In this document: piece by piece, positions 30,003 to 40,474 of the stretch | How positions within the stretch are numbered: the first letter of the stretch is position 1 | Layout: every line of letters begins with the position of its first letter | Origin: Bacteroidetes bacterium 4572_128 | GTDB taxonomy: Bacteria; Bacteroidota; Bacteroidia; Bacteroidales; 4572-128 | NCBI GenBank assembly: GCA_002084355.1 | Contig: NBLL01000044.1 | Span: 1 to 55,007, forward strand | Length of the DNA: 55,007 nt | Reading direction: 5' to 3' | Made by a program: the position numbers and the translations under genes | The notes under the pieces: model-generated | What the model was told of the DNA's origin: nothing | Databases searched by the model: none | What the model saw: only the letters and a program-made list of their open reading frames with translations

Positions 30003-30965
30003 TACAATTTATTAAAAAAATTTTTTTCAAATTCGTCCAAAATTTTAATATTTTTTAAATTAAAATTAAAAAAAAATTTTTTTCAAAAAACGCCCAAAAT
30101 TTTAATATTTTTTAATTTCAAAATTAAAAAAAAATTTTTTTCAAAAAACGCCCAAAATTTTAATTTTTTTTAATTTCAAAATTAAAAAAAATTTTTTTCA
30201 AAAAACGCCCAAAATTTTAATATTTTTTAATTTCAATTAAAAAAAATTTTTTCAAAAACGTCCAAAAATTTAATGTTTTTTTATTTGAAATTAAAAAAAA
30301 ATTTTTTTCAAAAAACGCCCAAAATTTTAATATTTTTTAATTTCAAAATTAAAAAAAAATTTTTTTCAAAAATTTAATATTTTTTAATTTGAAATTAAAA
30401 AAAATTTTTTTCAAAAAACGTGAAAATTTTAATGTTTTTTTATTTGAAATTAAAAAAAAATTTTTTTCAAAATTCGTCCAAAATTTTAATATTTTTTAAT
30501 TTCAATTAAAAAAAATTTTTTTCAAAAAACGCTCAAAATTTTAATATTTTTTAAATTAAAATTAAAAAAAAATTTTTTTTCAAAATTCGTGAAAATTTTA
30601 ATATTTTTTAATTTCAATTAAAAAAAAATTTTTTTCAAAAATCGTGAAAATTTTAATATTTTTTTATTTGAAATTAAAAATTTTTTTTTCAAAAAACGTG
30701 AAAATTTTAATATTTTTTTATTTCAATTAAAAAAAATTTTTTTCAAAATTCGTGAAAATTTTAATGTTTTTTTATTTGAAATTAAAAAAAAATTTTTTTC
30801 AAAATTCGTGAAAATTTTAATATTTTTTAAATTAAAAAAAATTTTTTTCAAAAAACGCCCAAAATTTTAATTTTTTTTAATTTCAAAATTAAAAAAAAAT
30901 TTTTTTTCAAAAAACGCCCAAAATTTTAATATTTTTTAAATTAAAATTAAAAAAAATTTTTTTTT
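30003..30965 (-). repeat. Largest tandem array, reverse orientation, about 16 units of about 57-60 bp (cores CGCCCAAAA, CGTCCAAAA, CGTGAAAA, CGCTCAAAA).
   Basis: TTTTTTTCAAAAAACGCCCAAAATTTTAATATTTTTTAATTTCAAAATTAAAAAAAAA is repeated with point and homopolymer-length variants across the whole convergent intergenic gap. Confidence 0.93.
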
Positions 30966-30988
30966 ATTTGCATTGTTTAATTTTTATT

Positions 30989-32546
30989 TTAAAAATCATA
31001 ATAAAAATTATTCAAAGAAGTTCGCATAGCAAAATAATAAAATAAACTCTTATGATTTTCAAATTTATTATTTTCTTTTCTTTCTGAAATTCCAAAAGAA
31101 ATATTTAAGTTTGTTTTTGGATTTAACAAATATGAAATACAAAATTCTTTGTAAATAAGAAAAGTTTTTATTCCATGAGAATTTTTATCTCCTTTAAAAT
31201 TTTCATCTAAATATGGTAAAAAAATATTTTTTCCGAAATTAGTATTTGTACTATCTTTTCCATAGATAACATAATTAAATTTAAATTCTAATAAAATATT
31301 CTTATATCTGTAATTTAAAAAAGAAACCGATTCTTTGAAATTTGCACCTATAGGATGTGCAAGTGCTTCTTGATAATGAGTGTAATTTTTCAAAACTTCT
31401 TCTGAAGAATAAACATAAGGTTGAACTTGATTATATTCGCTTTGAAAAATTAAATTTTTTATATTAAATAAATCAAAAAATTTATACCCAATTTGAAAAG
31501 CATATTTTTTTAATTTCAAATCATCAAAAGAAAATTGATTATATAAATAACTTTTTTTTGAAATTTTCAATTTTATATTTGTTCCTAAAATTGTATTATA
31601 TTTTTTTATAAGAATGTTTGATAAAATCAAAGGATTGAAATAATTTATATCAAAATTTCCACCGAAAATTGTTCCTTCGAAAATAGAAACTTCCAAATAA
31701 TTATCAAATAAAAAACTTAATAAATGAAAATTTGCCCATTTTTTATCAAAACCACCAATTTTTGTAGAATGTTTAGAAAATTCTCCTAAGTCCATCAAAG
31801 AAGTAAATAAATTCGTATAACGAAAATTCTTATATTTAGAACTTATTTTCAAAAATAAATATTTTAAAATTATTATTTATTGGAAAATAAGTATATGAAA
31901 TTAAACCGCAAGAATAAGCATAATCATAAGCATTTTCTTTGTAAGGTTTCACTCTGCCTTGTCCATTTACAACATAAATTTCATCAACTTTTTTATGAAT
32001 ATAATCATTGAAAATACTTTGATTTTCATAAAAAGATGTAAAAAAAGAAAAATTATAAAGAATCTTTCCACGAACAGAAAAGCCTCTTGTATTTGTAAAA
32101 GTGTTTTTTTTTGAATTTATATTTTTTCCAATTTCAAAATTAAAAATGGGGTCAAAAGTAATTTTGAAATCATTATTTTTGAAAATAATAAAATTTTCTT
32201 TTCGTAATTTTCTTAAAAAATAACTGTCTTTTTTGAAAAAAAAAATTTTTGATTTATTTGTTTGATAAACAAAATTTAAATTTATTAATTCTTCAAATTC
32301 ATTTTCTAAATATGGTTTAAAAGAAGTTTGAAAATTTATATTTTCTATAATAATTTTTCTTTCTAAGGGTAAATTAAAACTTCTATTTAGAGGTAAAAAA
32401 GAATTTTGAGCATTAATTTTTATAGAAAAAATAAAAAAAATAAATATTATATAAAAATTTTTTTTCTGAAAAAACAACATTTTTTTTGATTTTTTTGAAA
32501 TAAATTTCAAAATATTTAAAATTCTAATAATAAAAAAATTTTTCAA
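30989..32546 (-). pseudogene. RemB/Wzi-like outer-membrane beta-barrel protein, frame-disrupted.
   Basis: ORFs 31836..32546 and 30989..31852 overlap in different frames. The N-terminal part has a signal-like segment and FTNTRGFSVRGKI..FFTSFYENQ. The protein ends in the aromatic YYDF, typical of OMPs. From memory, the central GYRSLLLSD-type block of the family appears to be missing at the junction. Confidence 0.5.
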
Positions 32547-32691
32547 AAATGTCCAAATTTTTATTTGAAAAAAAATAATTTTTTACAAAAAATTATAAAT
32601 TTATAATTTTTTTAATTTGAATTAAAAAAATTGAATTTCTTCATATTTACACAAAAATTAAAAAAAAATCATTTTTTGGAAATTTTTTTTT

Positions 32692-35438
32692 TTAATTATT
32701 ACAAATTTTAGAGAAATTACAAATTCGACAATTTTCTATACTTTTATTTTGTGAAAAATATTTTTCTTCTGAGAAAATTTCTTTTAAAATATTTTTTAAA
32801 TATTTTTCAAATTCTTCTTTTTCATTTTTCACAAAATCATTAATTTCTTTTTTATTTTTTTCTATAGAAGTTTTTAATTTTTGTTTAAAAATTTCTCTTG
32901 TGTAAAACAAAGACGGCGAGATTAAATTTCTATTATTTTTTATTTGATAAAGATATGAATAAAAAAATATTTGAAATATCTCTTTTTTATTCCTTTTTTC
33001 AGAGGAAAAAATTTCTTCAATTTCTTTGAAATATAATTTATTTTTATCAAAAGAGCCAGTTTTATAATCAATAATTCTAATTAAATTATCTTTTCTATCT
33101 ATTCTGTCTATATTTCCTTGAATATTAATTTTCATATTTTCCAACTTTATTTTTGTAGAAAAATTTTTTTCTAATCCAAGAATTTCAAATGGACATCTTT
33201 CTTTATCAATTTTTAAAATGTAAAATACATATTCTTTCAAAATATTTTTTACAACTCTCAAATCTCCAAAATCATTATTTTCATCAATAGAATACATTTT
33301 GTAAATTGATTTTTTTATCGCATTTTCTATTTTTTTATTTCCTTTTTTAAGAAAAATATCTATATCTTTTTCATAAATTAACTTTTTTGAATTTTCAAAA
33401 TCTTTATATAAAAAATTCATAGTTTCGTGAAGCAATATACCAAATTTCATCTCGTCAATTTCTTCTGATAAAATATTTTAAGTATTTATAGAAGTCGCAG
33501 ATATTGGCTTTTTTTCATTAATTTTAATTAAATCATCAATAATTTTTTTATTTTTTTTAATTTTAATTTCTTTATTTTCTATGAAATTAATATCATAGCT
33601 TAAAACTTTTTTTGAAATTTTAAAATCCGTTTCATACATAATTTGAAAAAGAAAACGACTCATTTCTCCACTATTATTTTCGGAAACAGAATTATTATAT
33701 AATAAAAAAATATTTTTACTTCTTTGCAAAAGTCTATAAAAATTATAAGAAAATAAAGCGTCTTGATTTTCTATGGTAAAAAGTCCAAAAGCACGTCTCA
33801 AATTATACGGAATTACAGAAGTTCCGATGGAGGTTTTTGGTAAAATATTTTCATTGCAAGACAATAAAATAACATTTTCAAAATCAATAACACGAGTCTC
33901 AGAAAGTCCCATAATTTGTAAGCCAAGAAGTGGTTCGCCTTCGAAATCAATATTTTTTGAAGAAATAATTTTTTTTAACAAAGATAAAAAAGTAGAAATT
34001 TCCATAATTTCTTTATCTTTTTTCTTTTCAATTTCTTTATTTAAAATTGTTTGTAAAGACTTTATTGCAAGATAAGTATTATAAATAAATTCTTTTTCTA
34101 AAAGTCCAGCATTTTCATATTTTTCAATATGATTATCAATATTTTCTGCACTTAATTCAGAAAATATTTCTTCCAAAATATTTAATATATATTTGGAAAT
34201 TTCATTAATAGCAATATTTTTTTTAAAAATTTTTTTCAACAAACCATTTAATTGCAATTCATTTTCTTTGAAATAAAATTTTTTGCTTTTTTTAATGAAT
34301 TTTTCAATTTCTAAAGCATTTTCGTAATTATTATTTTTTAAAAATTGATGTTTTAAAATATTTAAAATGTCTTTGTAATAAAAAGAATATTCATTTTTAT
34401 CGGAAATATTCTTTTGTAATTCTATCAAATAATTCACAAAACTATAAACAGGCGTAGATTTCAAAGGGTAAGAAATACTAACATTTATATCTTTTATTTC
34501 TGTGGGCATCGCATAAATTACCGGAATAAGTAAATTTTTATTATTTAAAATAATTGCCGTTTTTTCATTAAAAAAATTTTTATTATCTTTTAAAATTTGA
34601 TGAACAATTTTTGCTTGTCCAACATCAGATGAAGACGCAATAATTTGAATATTTTTTTCATTTTTGAAATTATTAAAATTATTTACATTATCAGAGCTTT
34701 TAAAATTTTTAATATTTTTTCGTAAAAAATACGAAGCTTGATGAAATTTATTATTCAAATAAAATTCGTCATAATCCCAATAAAATTCGGCAATATTTCG
34801 TTTTTTTTTTTTTCAAATTTTATATCAAAATTTTCAATATTTTCAACGAACTCTCTTGAAATCATTCCATCGTAGGCGATATTTTTTTCAAAAAGTTCTT
34901 CCTTAAATTTTTTATAAATTTCATATAGGACTCTCCAAATTTCTATAAAATTTTTTCTATTTTCTCCGTAAGGTTTTGTGTCAAAACTTGTCAAAAACTG
35001 TTTTAATGCTTCTGCTTGTTCTTCGGAAAAATCTATAGAAAAAGTTTTTTCTATATCTTTTAGCTCTTTTATATTTCTAAAAATTGATTTTGCATCTACA
35101 AGATTTTTATCTAATTCGTCAAAATCTTTCAAAAGCATTTCTCCCCATGGATAAAAATCATCAAAATTTTCATTAATTTTTCTTGCTTTTTTATAAATTT
35201 TATGTAAAATAAAAATCAAAGTTAAATCGTCTGCTTTTGAAATCTTAATATTTTTTTGAAAAAAAATATCTAATGTAATAATTTCTGGCAAAAAAATTGG
35301 CTTTTCAATTATTTGTTTTAAATAATTTACAAAAAATAATTTCGCCCTTTTACTCGGTAAAACTATAGCAATTTTATCTAAATTATTGAAATGTTTTTTG
35401 TAAATATTTTCTGTAATTTCGTATAAAAAATTTTTCAT
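32692..35438 (-). pseudogene. AddB-like PD-(D/E)xK helicase-nuclease family protein, broken by a frameshift at a 13-nt homopolymer and by an in-frame TAA.
   Basis: Three consecutive ORFs. The C-terminal one has the RecB-type nuclease motif IDRIDRKDNLIRIIDYKTG and a terminal C..C.....C cluster. The frame changes at the T13 run 34801-34813 (A13 in sense). A TAA at 33480-33478 is in frame between ..SATSINT and NILSEEIDEMKFGILLHE... Confidence 0.7.
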
Positions 35439-35453
35439 TTTTTTTCAAATTTA

Positions 35454-35483
35454 AAAAATTGCTTATTATAAAAAGCAATTTTT
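35454..35483 (-). terminator. Intrinsic terminator downstream of the C69 peptidase gene.
   Basis: AAAAATTGCTT (35454-35464) and AAGCAATTTTT (35473-35483) are reverse complements. On the minus strand the stem is followed by a T-run. Confidence 0.5.
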
Positions 35484-35544
35484 ATGATATTTTTTTTAAA
35501 ATTAAATTAGAATTAATGTTTTTTCAAAAAAATTTTTCAAGTTT

Positions 35545-37131
35545 TTAAAATTTTTCATCATATTTTGTCCATATAAAATCGCCCAATTCCCATGCTTTAT
35601 TAACGACTTTTTTCCCCATTTTATTTGTGTATTTTGTAAGGAATTCTATTCTATCTTTTTTATTTTTCAAATTCATTGCTTTTTTCTCTATGTTTTTTTG
35701 TTCGTCAAACATTTTTTTTTGCATAGGAATAAAAACTTTATCTACATCTTTTCTCATATCTCCCCAACGTTGTGCAGTCAAAGTACTCAAACGATTAAAT
35801 GCCCACCATGCCGATTTTCTCGTAAAACCATTAATTCTTCCTGGTGTTTTGTAAGATTTTGGCAAATCTGTCACAGAACAATAAACAGGAATATAAATGG
35901 AAGTTGCTACATTATCTTGTGCTAGCCAAACTAAACCACCAATTTCATCATCAAGCCAATCTCTTGATTGTGTGATTGTTGCATACATAGTGTACCATCG
36001 AGCAATTGTTCTTTCGCCAAGTTCATTCCAACCGCCGTTAATTTTAAATAACTCATACATTCCATAAGGCATAAATGGATTAGCAAAAGGTGAAATTATA
36101 GATTTACCATCTTTATCTGTAGATTTTATATTTTTTACCATGTCAAAAGGTGTTCCTTCAAAATAGTCTTTGAAAACATTAACCATATCAATTAAATAAA
36201 CTTTTTTATCTGGTTTAACAGAAAAAGGATAATTTTTATCATTCGGATCTAATTTTAAAGATGGAGCCATTAAATTAAAAACTTGCCATTCTCTGCGTCT
36301 TGAGGCAAAAGAATTTCTACTTTTAGGAGCATAAACTTCACAAAATTTGAAAACCTCGCCTTCTTTCCACCATTTATTTTTCTTCGCCACTTCAAAAATA
36401 TTCTCCGATGCAAGAAAAAAATCTTTATTGGATAAATCAATTTCCTTAATTGTACTTGCATTTGCATTTACAGAAATATGCTCGTCCGGAACTCGCTGAG
36501 CTGCCCAAACCGCTCCAACTTTATTTTTTCCATTACCAAGAATTTCAAAATGCCAAACTTCTTTTTTATCAGCAATAGTCAAACATTCACCTGCATCATT
36601 CCATCCGTATTTTTTTGTCAATTCATCTGCAAGTTTAATAGCTTCTCTCGCTGTTTTACATCTTTCCAACATTAATTTTTCTAATCTTTGACAATCAATT
36701 AAACCAATGTCAGATTGCAAAATTTCACGTCCTCCAAAAGTTGATTCACCAATCGCCAATTGAAATGTATTCATACAAGGATATGCAGTATTTATATAAC
36801 CGTAAGTTTTTTTTACTTGGGGAATTTCACCAATTTTTATATGTTTATAAGTTGGCATCGCAAAAGAATCACAAGAACTCCTCTTATATAAAAAAAACTT
36901 GTCATTTTTTTTATGCTTTTTTTCGCTTTGAATATCCATCCAAGATCTTGTTTTATGACTGTCGTCTGTGTGCGAAGTCATCACAGAACCATCAAAACTT
37001 GCTTTTTTACCAACAGTAATTGAAGTACAACCCTCAGGAATTTCATTTTTCCAATCAGATTTATCTATCTGCGAATAAGCATAATTAGAAATTAAAAAAA
37101 ATAACAATAAAATTGAAAAGATTTTTTTCAT
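35545..37131 (-). CDS. Secreted C69-family dipeptidase.
   Basis: 528 aa with a signal peptide. EGCTSITVGKKASFDGSVMTSHTDDS contains the N-terminal nucleophile Cys context typical of peptidase family C69. Confidence 0.85.
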   Translation of the reverse strand: MKKIFSILLLFFLISNYAYSQIDKSDWKNEIPEGCTSITVGKKASFDGSVMTSHTDDSHKTRSWMDIQSEKKHKKNDKFFLYKRSSCDSFAMPTYKHIKIGEIPQVKKTYGYINTAYPCMNTFQLAIGESTFGGREILQSDIGLIDCQRLEKLMLERCKTAREAIKLADELTKKYGWNDAGECLTIADKKEVWHFEILGNGKNKVGAVWAAQRVPDEHISVNANASTIKEIDLSNKDFFLASENIFEVAKKNKWWKEGEVFKFCEVYAPKSRNSFASRRREWQVFNLMAPSLKLDPNDKNYPFSVKPDKKVYLIDMVNVFKDYFEGTPFDMVKNIKSTDKDGKSIISPFANPFMPYGMYELFKINGGWNELGERTIARWYTMYATITQSRDWLDDEIGGLVWLAQDNVATSIYIPVYCSVTDLPKSYKTPGRINGFTRKSAWWAFNRLSTLTAQRWGDMRKDVDKVFIPMQKKMFDEQKNIEKKAMNLKNKKDRIEFLTKYTNKMGKKVVNKAWELGDFIWTKYDEKF

Positions 37132-37225
37132 AAAAATTTAAATTTATAATTAAAAATAATTTTTTAAATTTATAAAAAATTTTAAAAATTCGTTTTTTTG
37201 CAAAAAAATTTATAAAATATAATTT

Positions 37226-37951
37226 ATGCTTTTAAATTCTAAATTAGAAAATATATTATTTCTTGACATTGAAACTGTACCACAGGTTTCAAATTATTTT
37301 GATTTTTCTGAACGAATGCAAGAATTATGGAAAAAAAAATCAAAATATTTTTTAAAAGAAAATGAAAAAGCAGAAGACAAAGAAATTTTTCAACGTTCGG
37401 GGATTTTCGCAGAATTTGGAAAAATTATTTGTATCTCTGTTGGGATAATTTTTGAGAAAAACGGTGAACGTTTTTTTCGTGAAAAATCTTTCTTCGATGA
37501 TAATGAAAAAAAATTACTTATGGATTTTAATGAAATGTTAAAAAAAACAAAAAAAATTAAAATGCTTTGTGGACATAATATAAAAGAATTTGATGTTCCA
37601 TATATTGCGAGAAGAAATTTAATTAATGGTTTAAAATTGCCATATTTGATAGATATTTCTGGGAAAAAACCATGGGAATTGAAACATATTTTAGACACTA
37701 TGGAGATGTGGAAATTTGGAGATTTTAAAAATTATACCTCTCTGGATTTATTAACAGAGGTTTTTAATATTCCAACACCAAAAAACGATATGGACGGAAG
37801 CAAAGTTGCTGATGTATATTGGAAAGAAAATAATTTACAAAGAATAGTCAATTATTGTCAAAAAGATGTTTTTGCAACAACTCAGTTGTTTTTACGTTTA
37901 AAAAGTCAAGAATTAATTAGTCAAAAAAATGTAACATTCGCAAAAAAATAA
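37226..37951 (+). CDS. RNase H-fold 3'-5' exonuclease (PolB-exonuclease-like, DEDD).
   Basis: 241 aa with ILFLDIETVP (Exo I D-x-E), GHNIKEFDVPYI (Exo II) and YCQKDV (Exo III). Confidence 0.75.
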   Translation: MLLNSKLENILFLDIETVPQVSNYFDFSERMQELWKKKSKYFLKENEKAEDKEIFQRSGIFAEFGKIICISVGIIFEKNGERFFREKSFFDDNEKKLLMDFNEMLKKTKKIKMLCGHNIKEFDVPYIARRNLINGLKLPYLIDISGKKPWELKHILDTMEMWKFGDFKNYTSLDLLTEVFNIPTPKNDMDGSKVADVYWKENNLQRIVNYCQKDVFATTQLFLRLKSQELISQKNVTFAKK

Positions 37952-38039
37952 AAAATTTTTTTTGCGAAAATTTGTTGTTTTTTTGTGATTTTTTTATGTT
38001 TTTTCAAAAAAAAAAAGTTTTTTTTGAAAATTAAAAAAA

Positions 38040-38606
38040 ATGTTTATTTTTATAAAATTCTTTATCAAAAAAATGTTTAAATTTATAAAAAATATGGAAA
38101 GATTTATGTATAATTTTAGGCTTAAATTTTTTTTATTAAAAATGTTTGTTTTTTTTGTTTTCTGTTTTTCTCAAATAAAAGCTGAAGAAATAAAATCAGA
38201 AAAACCATTTCAATTTATAGAAACTCAAAAATCTTCTAAAGATTTAAAAAAGTTTTTAAATGAATTGAAAATTAATATAGAAACACATTCTTGGAAAAAA
38301 GTTATAGCAAAATGTTACAAAGATGATTTTAAAAATCAAACTATAAATATAGAAAAAGGAACACCACTTTATATTGCAGAAATACTTGGAATTTGTAATG
38401 AAAAAAATTGTTTTCTTTCTAATAAAGAAAGAGAAAAAATTTCTTATTCTGATTTAAATAAAATAGAAAAAGTTTTTTTTACATTCCTTGACGAAAGCAA
38501 AAATACTAAAGTGATGGGCGAAATTGTTTTAGAAGGTGGAAAAAGAATTAATTTATTTTTAGAAATAATAAAAGTAAATGATAACTTTTTTTTAAAATTC
38601 CCATAA
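38040..38606 (+). CDS. Hypothetical secreted protein (likely start ATG 38106).
   Basis: A signal-peptide-like MYNFRLKFFLLKMFVFFVFCFSQIKAEE starts at 38106. I recognise no family. Confidence 0.45.
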   Translation: MFIFIKFFIKKMFKFIKNMERFMYNFRLKFFLLKMFVFFVFCFSQIKAEEIKSEKPFQFIETQKSSKDLKKFLNELKINIETHSWKKVIAKCYKDDFKNQTINIEKGTPLYIAEILGICNEKNCFLSNKEREKISYSDLNKIEKVFFTFLDESKNTKVMGEIVLEGGKRINLFLEIIKVNDNFFLKFP

Positions 38607-38608
38607 AA

Positions 38609-39289
38609 TTAAACTATTCCTTTCAATAAAGGGACAAAAATAAAATTTCCATATTCTTGTTTTTCTAATTTATTTTTGCTAATTTTAGATATTCTTGTCA
38701 TTATTTGTAAGTTATTATCGCCTACAGGAATAACAAGTTTTCCACCGATTTTTAATTGTTCTAAAAAGTATTTTGGAATATTCTTAGCACCTGCTGTAAC
38801 TAAAATTTTATCAAATGGAGCATAATTAGGCATTCCAAGTGTTCCATCTTTATAAAATAAATTTGCTTTATATCCTAATTTTGTCAATAAATTTTTTGCT
38901 TTTAAATATAAATTTTTATAACGTTCTAAAGTAAAAACTTTTGCTCCCATTTCTGACAAAATTGCTGTTTGATAACCAGAGCCAGTTCCAATTTCTAAAA
39001 TTTTATCTCCAACTTCCACTTCTAATATTTCAGTTTGGAAAGCCACTGTATAAGGTTGAGAAATTGTTTGTCCTGAACCAATGGGAAAGGCTTTATTTTT
39101 ATAAGCAAAAACACTAAAACTGCTTTCCATAAAAAGATGACGAGGAACTTTTTCTATTGCATCTAAAACTTTTTTATCTGAAATTCCTTGTTTTATTATT
39201 TGATTTACAAGCCTTTTTCTAAGTCCTTTATATAAATAATTATCCATTTTAATTTTTTTACAAAGATACAATTTTTTATAAAAAATCAT
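38609..39289 (-). CDS. pcm: Protein-L-isoaspartate O-methyltransferase (likely start at 39247).
   Basis: GQTISQPYTVAFQTEIL and the SAM motif ILEIGTGSGYQTAIL. The MDNYLYKGLRKRL start is more plausible than the ORF-track start. Confidence 0.9.
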   Translation of the reverse strand: MIFYKKLYLCKKIKMDNYLYKGLRKRLVNQIIKQGISDKKVLDAIEKVPRHLFMESSFSVFAYKNKAFPIGSGQTISQPYTVAFQTEILEVEVGDKILEIGTGSGYQTAILSEMGAKVFTLERYKNLYLKAKNLLTKLGYKANLFYKDGTLGMPNYAPFDKILVTAGAKNIPKYFLEQLKIGGKLVIPVGDNNLQIMTRISKISKNKLEKQEYGNFIFVPLLKGIV

Positions 39290-39810
39290 TAAAAAATTGA
39301 CGTTTTTTTGAAAAAATTTTTTTTTTAAATTATAAAAATATTAAAAAATTGACGTTTTTTTGAAAAAAAAATTTTTTTTTAAATTATAAATAATTTAAAA
39401 AATTGACGTTTTTTTGAAAAAAAAAAATTTTTAAATTATAAATAATGTTAAAAAATTGACGTTTTTTTGAAAAAATTTTTTTTTTTAAATTATAAAAATA
39501 TTAAAAAATTGACGTTTTTTTGAAAAAAAAAATTTTTAAATTATAAATAATTTAAAAAATTGACGTTTTTTTGAAAAAAAAAATTTTTAAATTATAAATA
39601 ATTTAAAAAATTGGCGTTTTTTTGAAAAAAATTTTTTTTTAAATTATAAAAAATGTTAAAAAATTGACGTTTTTTTGAAAAAAAAAATTTTTAAATTATA
39701 AAAAATGTTAAAAAATTGACGTTTTTTTGAAAAAAAAAATTTTTAAATTATAAATAATGTTAAAAAATTGGCGTTTTTTTGAAAAAATTTTTTTAAATTT
39801 TTAAATTAAA
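39290..39810 (+). repeat. Tandem array, forward orientation, about 10 units of about 52-57 bp (core AAAAAATTGACGTTTTTTTGAAAAAA).
   Basis: TTGACG occurs at 39297, 39349 and onward. TTGGCG variants occur at about 39611 and 39769. Confidence 0.92.
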
Positions 39811-39827
39811 AAAAACTTATAAAAAAT

Positions 39828-40454
39828 CTAAACTAAGCCTAATTTTTTCATAAAAATTTTATTTCTATTTTTTGCACGTTCTAATAATGTTGAATATTTT
39901 ATTACTTCTGTGTATAATGAGCCATCATCATTTCCATCTTCACCAACAATAATTTTAGATGGTCTAAATAAATAATCAAACTTATATGGAATTTTAAATT
40001 CTCCATCATGTCTTCTCACATCACGTGCATCTATACTTTCTCCAATTAGATAACCATAAAAAGTATTAATTTGAAACTTATCTTGTGAATAATTTAAAAT
40101 TAATGAAGCATAATCATTTATTTGATTTAAAAAATTGGAAACATTTACATGTGGAGCTTTAAATTCAATTATTATACATTTTCCTTCTTCTGGAAAAAGC
40201 AAAATATCTGGTCTTTTTATTTTTCTATTTTCTCCTAATGATAATAAAATTCTCTCTTCTTCTTCTGAAAATTCTTTTCTGAAAATTTTTTGTCCATTAA
40301 TTTTAACATCACAAAGTCTTGCTTCAGAAATACCTTTAAAATAAATAAAATCTTCATTAATTAACCATAAATCACTTTTTTCTGGATCATTCGACGATTG
40401 TTGAAATATTAAATTATGTAATAAATTTTCATCAATATTTCTTTTATTTTCCAT
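39828..40454 (-). CDS. Small PD-(D/E)xK nuclease-fold protein, downstream partner of the GHKL ATPase.
   Basis: 208 aa. KRPD(83)ILLFPEEGKCIIIE(97)FK(99)APHVN is followed by NQINDYASLI, a D...ExK...Q..Y arrangement as in restriction-type and Shedu-like nuclease cores. It lies 20 bp after the upstream gene on the same strand. Confidence 0.65.
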   Translation of the reverse strand: MENKRNIDENLLHNLIFQQSSNDPEKSDLWLINEDFIYFKGISEARLCDVKINGQKIFRKEFSEEEERILLSLGENRKIKRPDILLFPEEGKCIIIEFKAPHVNVSNFLNQINDYASLILNYSQDKFQINTFYGYLIGESIDARDVRRHDGEFKIPYKFDYLFRPSKIIVGEDGNDDGSLYTEVIKYSTLLERAKNRNKIFMKKLGLV

Positions 40455-40474
40455 TTGAAACTTTAATTTTCTAT

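Noticed and set aside
29967-30173. 68-aa track ORF (and the 83-aa ORF 49029..49280) with a reiterated KKIFF..KILIFF / KTLKFWGILKK sequence.
   Set aside because: These are translations of tandem array units. The periodic peptide mirrors the DNA repeat. There is no independent coding evidence.
30003-30965. Regular 57-60-bp periodicity could suggest a CRISPR array.
   Set aside because: The whole unit is conserved from copy to copy, so there are no unique spacers. The repeats are nearly pure A/T, no cas genes are present, and the same unit occurs at about 15 loci in both orientations.
33478-33480. The in-frame TAA (and the many split genes) could indicate an alternative genetic code.
   Set aside because: Long genes (A2M at 1863 aa, korA, WD40 at 827 aa, the C69 peptidase) are uninterrupted under the standard code and end at TAA/TGA/TAG as expected. 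A single in-frame TAA in an otherwise frameshifted gene is better explained as a nonsense mutation.
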